Source of the DNA: Planctomycetota bacterium
GTDB lineage: Bacteria > Planctomycetota > Phycisphaerae > Phycisphaerales > SM1A02
Reading direction: 5' to 3'
Assembly (NCBI GenBank): GCA_027295365.1
Contig: JAPULD010000432.1
Span: forward strand, 1-31,695
Length of the DNA stretch: 31,695 nucleotides
The position numbers were made by a program, and so were the translations under genes. Below the pieces are notes generated by a model that did not search any database, was not told where the DNA came from, and was given only the letters and a program-made list of their open reading frames with translations. How positions within the stretch are numbered: the stretch's first letter is position 1; every line of letters starts with the position of its first letter. Shown here one piece after another: positions 9,060 through 17,169 of this stretch.

Positions 9060-9095
9060 CGAGCGTCTCCATCCAGGGTGACGCTCGTTCTTTTT
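9060..9095 (+). terminator. Putative intrinsic terminator between adaptor 1 and adaptor 2
   Basis: CGAGCGTC (9060-9067) / GACGCTCG (9080-9087) stem followed by TTCTTTTT, 35 nt after the stop. Confidence 0.6.
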
Positions 9096-9237
9096 GGCTT
9101 CGGTCAGAAACATGGTGTAAACTTTTGGGTTCTTGAGACATGTTTTTCTGAGGATCGGTTTTTCAGACATCAGGACAGACCGAGACCCTCCCCACGTTTT
9201 CTGCGATAGATGATTGCCCGAACTTTCAGGTGAAACA

Positions 9238-10953
9238 ATGACACGACGAAGCAGTTCACGACGCGGCCTGTCCATGATGAGCGTTGCTCTCTTTGTGCTC
9301 TTCCTGGCCACCATCGCCATGGGGGGTTGGTGGATGACTCGACAAGCGAATATTGCCGACAGCGTAGACTCGATCGACCTGTTCGAGACTCGCCAAGGTG
9401 GATTCGACATCATCATTCCCGCGTCGGGCGAGCTCGCTGCGATCAGTGAAACTGAAATTCGAAACGAGATGGAGCAAAGGGCGACGATCATCCAGATCGT
9501 CGACGAAGGCGTCGAGGTCAAGCAAGGTGATTTGCTCATCCAGTTCAACGACGAAGGCGTGCGCACGAAAATCGACGATGCCGAGGATGCGCGGGACAAC
9601 GCGATCAACCAACTCGAAAATGCGAAGGCCAGCCTGGAGATCCGGAAGAAGACCCGCGAGTCGGACTTGGCGAAAGCCGATCTTGACATCACGTTGACCG
9701 AGCTGGCTTTGCTATCGTGGGAGGAAGGCCAAGTCGTCGAGATGCGACAGAATCTTGATCTCGAGCAAAAGACGACCCTTATGGAATACGATCGTTTGAA
9801 GGACCGCTTCAAGGCCTCGAAGCGTCTGTACGAGCAGGAGTTCATCAGCCTCGACGAGTTCAAGCAGGATGAAATTGCCCTCGTGAGGGCCGAGACACGG
9901 CTCAAGCAGGCCCAGCTCGACATCGAAATCTACGAGAAATACGAGTACAAGCAGCAGCGTGAGCAGAAGGAATCGGATCGACAACAGGCCATTGACGAGC
10001 GGGATCGCATCCAGCAACGCAACGATGCCAATGTCAGCAGCGCCGAGAGCGATGTCCGCAGCGCCGATCGGCTTCTCAACAGTCGCAAAGAACGACTCCA
10101 GAAGTGGCAGAACCAACTCAAGCTCTGCACCATCATCGCGCCCACATCGGGTCTGGTCATCTACACCTCAAGCCTCAACACCGGAGGTCATGGCCGGAGC
10201 AATGATGCCCCCCCCATGGTGGGCACCGATGTCTCATCCAAGAAAACCATCATGATCCTCCCCGATACGTCGGAGATGATTGCCGAGGTGAAGGTGAACG
10301 AAGCCCTCAGTGGTCAGATCATGAATGGCCAGATGGCCACCATCGTCTCCGATGCCAAGCCCGATCTCATGCTGAGAGGCAGGGTCTTCAGCGTTGGCGT
10401 GCTGGCGGAAACGGGAGGCTGGCGCGATCCCCACCGACGCGATTACACCGTAAAGATCCTGATCGAGAACTACGATCGCAGCCAGGGCCTCAAGCCCTCC
10501 ATGCGATGCCGGGCCGACATCAATGTCGGTCGAGTGGATGATGCCACGTACGTGCCGATTCAGGCGGTGCATCGCCAGGGGCCGGCCGCGTTCGTCTGGA
10601 TTCCCGATGGCCGAGGCTATTCCCAGAACAAGATAGACATTGGTCAGGCTTCAGAACTCTATGTCGAAGTGCTGAATGGCCTGGACGCCGGCCAAATTGT
10701 CCTGATGAGGGAGCCAAACCCCAAGGATATCGTGGCGATGCTGGACATTCCCGCGGGTCCCGTGAACCCATTGGCTCCGCCTTCCACATTCGGTCCTGAT
10801 GAAAACCGAGGCGATGCATCGCGTGGTGGTACTGATGCTTCATCTGCCCAACCGCCAGCCCATCAAGGCAGGGGCTCGAATGGTGGCCACGATCGCTCCG
10901 GTGACAAAAATCGACGCTCAGGGAATGATTCAAGCACTGAATCGGGCCAGTAA
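9238..10953 (+). CDS. Efflux periplasmic adaptor subunit, paralogue 2
   Basis: Same architecture; aligns without gaps to paralogue 1 at an offset of 2010 nt through the hairpin tip; start set at ATG 9238 (AGGTG upstream). Confidence 0.92.
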   Translation: MTRRSSSRRGLSMMSVALFVLFLATIAMGGWWMTRQANIADSVDSIDLFETRQGGFDIIIPASGELAAISETEIRNEMEQRATIIQIVDEGVEVKQGDLLIQFNDEGVRTKIDDAEDARDNAINQLENAKASLEIRKKTRESDLAKADLDITLTELALLSWEEGQVVEMRQNLDLEQKTTLMEYDRLKDRFKASKRLYEQEFISLDEFKQDEIALVRAETRLKQAQLDIEIYEKYEYKQQREQKESDRQQAIDERDRIQQRNDANVSSAESDVRSADRLLNSRKERLQKWQNQLKLCTIIAPTSGLVIYTSSLNTGGHGRSNDAPPMVGTDVSSKKTIMILPDTSEMIAEVKVNEALSGQIMNGQMATIVSDAKPDLMLRGRVFSVGVLAETGGWRDPHRRDYTVKILIENYDRSQGLKPSMRCRADINVGRVDDATYVPIQAVHRQGPAAFVWIPDGRGYSQNKIDIGQASELYVEVLNGLDAGQIVLMREPNPKDIVAMLDIPAGPVNPLAPPSTFGPDENRGDASRGGTDASSAQPPAHQGRGSNGGHDRSGDKNRRSGNDSSTESGQ

Positions 10954-11137
10954 GTACTTACCGATACAGCTTCGAGGAACCAGCGACTTTTTCAATTCAC
11001 CAAATCTTCGACGAAGTCCTTCTTTTTGCCGAGATAAAATGGCGGTTAATGCGTTAATACCAAATACAAGAGGTTGAACGTCCAACTTCGTCATATCCGA
11101 GGGGTACAAAGGAGAGACCCTCATTGAGGACAGCGCC

Positions 11138-12871
11138 ATGCAGGGATCACACTCGCCAAAGCATCACAAGTTTCGAACGATTCACCCTCGGCGCGGAATC
11201 TCCTCCCTGAGCGTAGTCGTGGCGATCCTGATGTTGGGGGCAATCGCCATCGGGGCGCGGTACTTGCCGAGTTCTTCAAATCAAACACCCGACCAAGGCG
11301 ATATGGATCTCTTCGAGGTCGTCCGGGGCAATTTTGAAATCATCATTCCCACCACGGGTGAATTGGTCGCCAAGAACCAGACTGAGATCAAGAATCAACT
11401 CGAATCAAGAGCCGTCATCACCGAGATCGTCGAGGAGGGAACGATTGTCAGCAAGGGCGACATCCTGATTCGATTCAACGATGAAGAGATTCAAAACCGA
11501 CTCGACGATGCCGAGGAATCCGTGAACAGCTCCAGAAATGATTTGGAGAATGTCCAGGCGGAACTGGAAATTCGCAAGAAGACCCGGGATTCGGAAAACG
11601 AGAAAGCCAAACTGAAGATTGAATTGGCGGAATTGGATCTCAAGGGTTGGGAGAAGGGGGAGGTGGTCACCCGCCGTCAGGATCTTGCTCTCGCGATGGA
11701 AACCGCGGAACTGAATTACAACCGTCTTCAGGAACGCTTTGAAGCTTCCCAAAGGTTATACGAGCAGGAATTCATAAGCCTTGATGAATTCAAGCAGGAC
11801 CAGATTTCATTGGTTGAAGCGAAGGCCCGACATAAACAAGCCAAGCTCGACATTGAAGTCTACGAGAAGTACGAATTCCAGAAGCAGCAGAAGCAGAAGG
11901 TCTCCAATCTCGAACAGTCCAAGAAGGAATACGAACGCGTCAAGGCCAGACAGGATGCGCAAGTCCGTCAATCCGAAAGTGACGTCGTCTCCCGCCAGCG
12001 CCGACTCGACAGCAAATTGGATCGCTTGGAACGGCACAAGAAACAACTCATCGCCTGCTCCATCGAGGCCCCCCAGGATGGGCTTGTCGTCTACGCGTCA
12101 AGCCTTGAAGGATTCAGGTGGATGCGGGACCGGGGTATGAACATCCAGGTCGGGACCGAGATGTGGCACAACCAGCTCATCATGATCCTGCCCGACACGT
12201 CGCAGATGATCGCCGAGGTCAAGATCAACGAGGCGCTGAGCGGTCAGATTCAGCCGGGGCAGACCGCGACCATCACGTGCGATGCGTCCCCCGACGATGT
12301 GCTCACTGGGGTCGTCGAAAGCATCGGCGTCTTGGCCGAGAATGGCGGCTGGCGCGATCCCAATCGTCGCGATTACACCGTTCGGATCAGGCTAGATGGC
12401 GACAACACCCTCGATTTGAAACCATCCATGCGTTGTCAGGCCGACATCATGATCGACCGGATCGATCAGGCCTTGCACATCCCCCTTCAGGCGGTGCATC
12501 GCCAGGGAGCCGCGACCTTCGTGTATGTCCCGGATGGTTCGGGTTTCTCGCAACGCAAGGTCGCATTCAACCGGGCTTCGGAACTCTACATCGAGATCAG
12601 CGAGGGCCTCGACGCGGGCGATCGCGTCCTACTCCGCGAGCCTACCCCTGAGGAGATCGTCGCGAAGATCGATCCCGCGAAATGCAAACCGGTGGAAACC
12701 AACGCCCCAGACGATCGCCTGGCCAAGGGTCCCCAGCAAGGCAGCCCCGAATCGAACGCGCTGATTCAACAACAGCAGCCCGAGTCGAACCTGATCACGA
12801 GCGACGATTCCGATTCCGAATCTGAGGGCGATGAGGATGAAGGGGACATCACGGGTCCGACGACCGAGTGA
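11138..12871 (+). CDS. Efflux periplasmic adaptor subunit, paralogue 3
   Basis: Same architecture; offset 1930 nt from paralogue 2; GAGGA 6 nt upstream; acidic tail. Confidence 0.92.
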   Translation: MQGSHSPKHHKFRTIHPRRGISSLSVVVAILMLGAIAIGARYLPSSSNQTPDQGDMDLFEVVRGNFEIIIPTTGELVAKNQTEIKNQLESRAVITEIVEEGTIVSKGDILIRFNDEEIQNRLDDAEESVNSSRNDLENVQAELEIRKKTRDSENEKAKLKIELAELDLKGWEKGEVVTRRQDLALAMETAELNYNRLQERFEASQRLYEQEFISLDEFKQDQISLVEAKARHKQAKLDIEVYEKYEFQKQQKQKVSNLEQSKKEYERVKARQDAQVRQSESDVVSRQRRLDSKLDRLERHKKQLIACSIEAPQDGLVVYASSLEGFRWMRDRGMNIQVGTEMWHNQLIMILPDTSQMIAEVKINEALSGQIQPGQTATITCDASPDDVLTGVVESIGVLAENGGWRDPNRRDYTVRIRLDGDNTLDLKPSMRCQADIMIDRIDQALHIPLQAVHRQGAATFVYVPDGSGFSQRKVAFNRASELYIEISEGLDAGDRVLLREPTPEEIVAKIDPAKCKPVETNAPDDRLAKGPQQGSPESNALIQQQQPESNLITSDDSDSESEGDEDEGDITGPTTE

Positions 12872-14270
12872 CGATCTCTTCGGGGAGCGATTTCAATTCA
12901 GTGGTCGTGATCGGGCGAATATCGATCTCGACCGGGACGGGTGGATCAATCTCCAGCTCCGTGGTCGCGTTCAATTCCTTGAGACGGCGGGTGCTGGTGA
13001 GCAGATTGCGTTCCAGCGAACCCACGGCGGCGTTGTAGGACTTGTTGGCCTTGCCCAGACTGTCGCCCACCTTCTCGAAGTGAGTCACGAACACCCGCAG
13101 GCGACTGTACAGTTCCTTGCCGACTTCGGTGATCTGTTTCGCGTTCGCCGCCGCCGCGTCCTGATGCCATCCATACGCAATGGTTTTCAGAAGCGCCACC
13201 AGGATCGTCGGGGACGTGACGATCACGTGATCCTGCATGGCCTTCGACTGCAAGTCAGGCGCCACTTGCATGGCGGCATACAATCCCGCCTCCAGGGGCA
13301 TGAACATGACGACGAAGTCGGGTGTGTGTTCGAACTGACTCCAATACTTCTTGCTCGCTAGTCTGGTGACGTGGTCCTGGACCTGCTTCGCGTGTGCCTT
13401 TAATCGTTCCGCATGGTCAGACTCTGGTTCCAAGGCATCAAGATACGCATCCATCGCAACCTTCGAATCGACAACGATGACGCCACCCCCCGGCACCCTG
13501 ACCACTAAATCGGGGCGATCTCGCGTCGTGGGATCGTCGGTCTGTGGCTGTTCCTCGAAATCGCAATGCTCCGTCATCCCCGCCATCTCGACGACGTTCC
13601 GCAACTGCATCTCGCCCCAACGGCCTCGCTGTTCGGGACGACGCAGTGCGCTGACGAGCTTGCCGGTCTGGGTGTCGAGTTTCTCATGGGAGGCCGCGAT
13701 CATCTTGATCTGCTCTTCGAGGCCCTTGTAGGCCACATCGCGTTTCTTCTCGATTTCCGTCACCGCAAGGTTCTGCTTCTCCAGCAATTCCTTGATGGGC
13801 TTGACGAGATTGTCGATCGCCAGCTGACGCTTCTCGACATCCCCTTTGGCCGAGGTCATCTGCGTCTCAAGCACCTTCTTGGCCAGCTCGATGAACTGCT
13901 CGTTGTTCGCGGCCAGGGCCTTGGCCCCCAACGCGGTGAACGTGTCGGCCAGTTCCTTCTTGGCATCACCCAGGAGCTGCCTTTGCTCCTCGAATTGCTT
14001 TTCCTTCACCACCAGCCGCTCGGTCAGCGTCGCCAGTTCCCGCTGGGCCACTTCGCGTCGCTCGTTGGCCTCCAGGGTCTGTTGCCGCCCCTCGCGCAAG
14101 GCTTCGTCGTCGTCCCGCGCCTGTTGCTCAAGCAGTTCCGCCCTGGCCTTGAGGTTTGCCATGTCCCCCTGAGCCTCTCCTCGACGGCTCATCATCCATA
14201 AAGTGGCCACCGCACCCCCCAGCCCGGCGCCGATCCCCAACCCGATCAATGCATCAATCCAATCGATCAT
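12849..14270 (-). CDS. rmuC: DNA recombination protein RmuC
   Basis: N-terminal TM, long coiled coil, RGRWGEMQL and nuclease-like RPDLVV..IVVDSK, FVVMFMP; 23-bp convergent overlap with adaptor 3. Confidence 0.95.
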   Translation of the reverse strand: MIDWIDALIGLGIGAGLGGAVATLWMMSRRGEAQGDMANLKARAELLEQQARDDDEALREGRQQTLEANERREVAQRELATLTERLVVKEKQFEEQRQLLGDAKKELADTFTALGAKALAANNEQFIELAKKVLETQMTSAKGDVEKRQLAIDNLVKPIKELLEKQNLAVTEIEKKRDVAYKGLEEQIKMIAASHEKLDTQTGKLVSALRRPEQRGRWGEMQLRNVVEMAGMTEHCDFEEQPQTDDPTTRDRPDLVVRVPGGGVIVVDSKVAMDAYLDALEPESDHAERLKAHAKQVQDHVTRLASKKYWSQFEHTPDFVVMFMPLEAGLYAAMQVAPDLQSKAMQDHVIVTSPTILVALLKTIAYGWHQDAAAANAKQITEVGKELYSRLRVFVTHFEKVGDSLGKANKSYNAAVGSLERNLLTSTRRLKELNATTELEIDPPVPVEIDIRPITTTELKSLPEEIVTRSSDP

Positions 14271-14325
14271 GACTTGCCATCATACTCGTTGCCCGAGCCG
14301 CGTCTCCAACAGTCTTCGCGTTCTT

Positions 14326-14946
14326 TCAGGTCGTCCCGGCCTGTTTATCAGAAACGTGCTCGTCCCACCTCGTCTCCAGGTTGTGTTCGACGCCCACTAG
14401 GTCCAGCAGCTTGCCCGCCATGAAATCGACCAGGTCCTCGACCGTCCGGGGCTGCAGATAGAACCCGGGCGACAAGGGGGCGAAGATTGCGCCCGCTTCG
14501 CTGAGCTTGCCCAGATTCAGAATATCGATGTGGCTCAGGGGCGTCTCGCGATGCGCAAGAATCAGCCTGCGCCTTTCCTTGAGCGTCACCGCCGCGGCTC
14601 GCTGCACCAACGTGTTCGTGATCCCCGAGGCGATAGCACCCACGGTGTTGCCCGAGCATGGCACGATGATCATGCCCTGATGCAAGAAACTTCCCGAGGC
14701 GATGGTCGCCCCCAGATCGCTATCGTTGTGCAGGACCACCCGATCGCCATGACCCGCCGTCAACGCATCGAGATCAAGTGTCTTAAGGCCCAATTCGTCG
14801 GCCAGCAATCGCCGCCCCAGTTTCGTCACCGTCAGATGAATCTCCACCCCCGCCTCCGCCAGCAACTCCATCGTTCGCATCGCATACGGCGCACCGCTGG
14901 CCCCGGTGATGCCAATGACAATGCGGCGGGGTGTTTCTCGATCCAT
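14326..14946 (-). CDS. ubiX: Flavin prenyltransferase UbiX
   Basis: IVIGITGASGAPYA, ASGSF, VPCS, RAAAVTLKERRRLIL..RETPLS, PGFY; start set at ATG 14946 with AGGA upstream. Confidence 0.95.
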   Translation of the reverse strand: MDRETPRRIVIGITGASGAPYAMRTMELLAEAGVEIHLTVTKLGRRLLADELGLKTLDLDALTAGHGDRVVLHNDSDLGATIASGSFLHQGMIIVPCSGNTVGAIASGITNTLVQRAAAVTLKERRRLILAHRETPLSHIDILNLGKLSEAGAIFAPLSPGFYLQPRTVEDLVDFMAGKLLDLVGVEHNLETRWDEHVSDKQAGTT

Positions 14947-15002
14947 TTCTAATCCTTCTCGAAGAGCGTTTGAGTAACCAGTGTGTTGATCTTCCGGAGG
15001 GT

Positions 15003-15064
15003 GGGGCAATCCGGGGCCGTGATTCCGGAGCCGGGGGTTCCGGGGGCCGGGGATTCCGGGGGGG
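15003..15064 (+). repeat. G-rich degenerate tandem repeat (WTTCCGGGGG / CCGGGG units) with canonical G-quadruplex motif
   Basis: Six G-tracts of 4-7 nt; GGGGG-TTCC-GGGGG-CC-GGGG-ATTCC-GGGGGGG at 15033-15064; lies between divergent ubiX and lipoprotein genes. Confidence 0.8.
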
Positions 15065-15143
15065 TAACTCGTTATTAAGCGTAGACCACTCAACTGCCTC
15101 GGGGGCAGGTGATACACTGACTTGTCGCTCAAGGAGAATACAG

Positions 15144-15776
15144 ATGGTTCGATCGCTTCGAAAACCGGGTTCCTCACGCCTCATGCCAGCCCTGGCGTTG
15201 TCCATGCTGGTGGGTGTGCTGTTTGGCCTGACCAGTTGCAACACATTCTCCACCTACCCCCCGGTTGAAATCACCGGCAACATGACAAATCCCGGCTACG
15301 AGCCCTATCCAACGCTGATGCTCGAATCCATCCGTTTCGCCCACGATCATTATGGAAGTGGTCTCAAGGATTTCGCCATCAACCTCCCCCCGGGCGTCCC
15401 GGCCGAGATCTACGACCGGATCATCCGCAAGCTGGGAGCGGGCCATCCCCAAATCGACCCGAGCGAGAAGGCGTATCACATCCTCGAACTTCGGGTCAGG
15501 GGGGGCGAGGCCGAGGTCGATCTGGTCTACCCGAGACCCAGCCGCATCTACGAGATGGTGACCATCAAGTTCCGCAGGAAACTGGTGGAAGGCTGGACGG
15601 TGCTGAGTTCGAGGCTGTGGCGGATCAAGGTGGACATTCCCCCGCCCAACTATGTTCCCCCCAAGCAGGTGGAACTTCCCGCCGCCGCGCCTGAAGCAGA
15701 ACCAACCCCGGCCACTCTCCCCGTGATCGATGAGGATGCCGCCTCGCGGTTGGATGAGCAAGAGGGCGATCGCTGA
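15144..15776 (+). CDS. Hypothetical lipoprotein (210 aa) with Pro/Ala/Glu-rich tail
   Basis: AAGGAG 7 nt before ATG 15144; basic N-terminus, hydrophobic core and LTS-C lipobox. Confidence 0.8.
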   Translation: MVRSLRKPGSSRLMPALALSMLVGVLFGLTSCNTFSTYPPVEITGNMTNPGYEPYPTLMLESIRFAHDHYGSGLKDFAINLPPGVPAEIYDRIIRKLGAGHPQIDPSEKAYHILELRVRGGEAEVDLVYPRPSRIYEMVTIKFRRKLVEGWTVLSSRLWRIKVDIPPPNYVPPKQVELPAAAPEAEPTPATLPVIDEDAASRLDEQEGDR

Positions 15777-15903
15777 ACTCAGACCTTCGTGAACCTTGAA
15801 GTGATGGCGAGAGTATCGAATGATCGCGTCATCTCACCTTCAACCAATAAATCCCCCATCTTGATATTGCGAGTCGCAAGCTCACGGCCCATGATGATCT
15901 TCC

Positions 15904-16884
15904 ATGCCGCTCACCCCTGATCAGTTCGAAACGCACGCCGACTATCGCGAGATGAAAGTCTGCGTGACTGGGGGCGCAGGTTTCATCGGCTCCACGCTCA
16001 CCCATGCCTTGGCCGATCTCGGGGCCAAGGTCCGCGTGATCGACGATCTCTCCCAGGGACTCGAATCAAACCTCGATGGCCTGGGCGACAACGTGAAATT
16101 GATCAAGGGTTCGATCCTCGATCCCGCCGCGCTGCAGCAGGCCCTCGATGGCGTGCAGGTCGTCTTCCATCAAGCCGCGCTGACTTCCGTGCCCAGGAGC
16201 GTGGCTGAGCCTGCCCTGTATCACGAAGTCAATACGACCGGCACGTTTCGCCTGCTCGAGGCAGCCCGAAAGCATGGGGTGCGAAGAATCGTCGCCGCGT
16301 CATCCAGCAGCGTTTATGGCGAACAGGCCCAGTCGCCCAAGGTCGAGACCATGCGTCCCGACCCCAAGTCCCCCTATGCGGTTTCCAAGATAACCGGCGA
16401 GCACCTGCTCAGCGCGTGGGCGAACTGCTACGACCTCTCCACCATCGCCCTGCGCTACTTCAACATCTTCGGCCCCCATCAGCGTCCCGATTCCCCATAC
16501 GCGGCCGTCATCCCAAAATTCGCCATCGCCATGCTGCAAGGCAAACCCATGACGATCTATGGCGACGGTTCGCAAACGAGGGACTTCACACACGTCAGCA
16601 ACGCGGTGCACGCGAACCTGCTGGCGGGTCTGTGCGACAAACCCCTCAAGGGCGAAGCGATCAACGTCGCGACGGGGGCCACGCGAACCTTGTCAAGTGT
16701 CGTCGAGGCGATGAGCGAGAAGCTGGGGGTGAAACCAAAGCTCGAGTACGCTCCCCCAAGGCCAGGCGAAGTTCTGCACAGCCACGCGAGCATTAAACTT
16801 GCAAATGAATTGCTGGGGTACGAACCCATCGTGAGTTATGAGCAAGGGTTGGAAGACGCGCTGAGGTATTACAAGGGGGAGTGA
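15904..16884 (+). CDS. NAD-dependent NDP-sugar epimerase/dehydratase (extended SDR)
   Basis: TGGAGFIGS, HQAA, ASSSSVYG, catalytic YAVSK, LRYFNIFGP, GDGSQTRDF. Confidence 0.93.
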   Translation: MPLTPDQFETHADYREMKVCVTGGAGFIGSTLTHALADLGAKVRVIDDLSQGLESNLDGLGDNVKLIKGSILDPAALQQALDGVQVVFHQAALTSVPRSVAEPALYHEVNTTGTFRLLEAARKHGVRRIVAASSSSVYGEQAQSPKVETMRPDPKSPYAVSKITGEHLLSAWANCYDLSTIALRYFNIFGPHQRPDSPYAAVIPKFAIAMLQGKPMTIYGDGSQTRDFTHVSNAVHANLLAGLCDKPLKGEAINVATGATRTLSSVVEAMSEKLGVKPKLEYAPPRPGEVLHSHASIKLANELLGYEPIVSYEQGLEDALRYYKGE

Positions 16885-16967
16885 ATAGGTTGCCGACCGC
16901 GGGTTCCGCTGTATGGACCAGTAAGCACGTGAAACAAGCCTCTCAGCCCTGATCTCTCTATATTTCC

Positions 16968-17007
16968 CCACCTACCACCCGTCACCTGTAACCCGCCACC
17001 TCCTCCC
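16968..17007 (+). repeat. Degenerate heptamer tandem repeat (consensus YCACCYG) x5
   Basis: CCACCTA CCACCCG TCACCTG TAACCCG CCACCTC CTCCC. Confidence 0.6.
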
Positions 17008-17169
17008 TTTTCTGCTACAATTTCAACCTGAAGGCACCTTCCTTTCGAGGCAAGGCCGGGGCCTTCTGGCGGATTATGACAATTATAGTGTCTGTTCGAT
17101 GCACACTTTGCATTGAATAGCCGTCAAAACCCCAAGCAACACTGGCTTACACACATGCAAGAAAATGAT

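Noticed and set aside
7825-11800. Repeated ~40-nt near-identical segments at ~2-kb spacing
   Set aside because: Conserved coding blocks of the paralogous adaptors, not a CRISPR array or mobile repeat
12849-12871. 23-bp convergent overlap of adaptor 3 and rmuC
   Set aside because: Short tail-to-tail overlaps are routine and both termini are low-constraint
14326-14946. ubiX without adjacent ubiD
   Set aside because: Stand-alone ubiX is common; the partner decarboxylase is usually elsewhere
14931-15177. Long N-terminal extensions of ubiX and of the lipoprotein in the ORF track
   Set aside because: They translate the G-rich intergenic repeat; good RBS-ATG pairs exist at 14946 and 15144
17085-17110. 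GTTCGA within a short AGTGT/ACACT stem resembling a tRNA T-arm (integration site)
   Set aside because: No acceptor, D or anticodon arms and no CCA; the stem geometry does not match a T-arm
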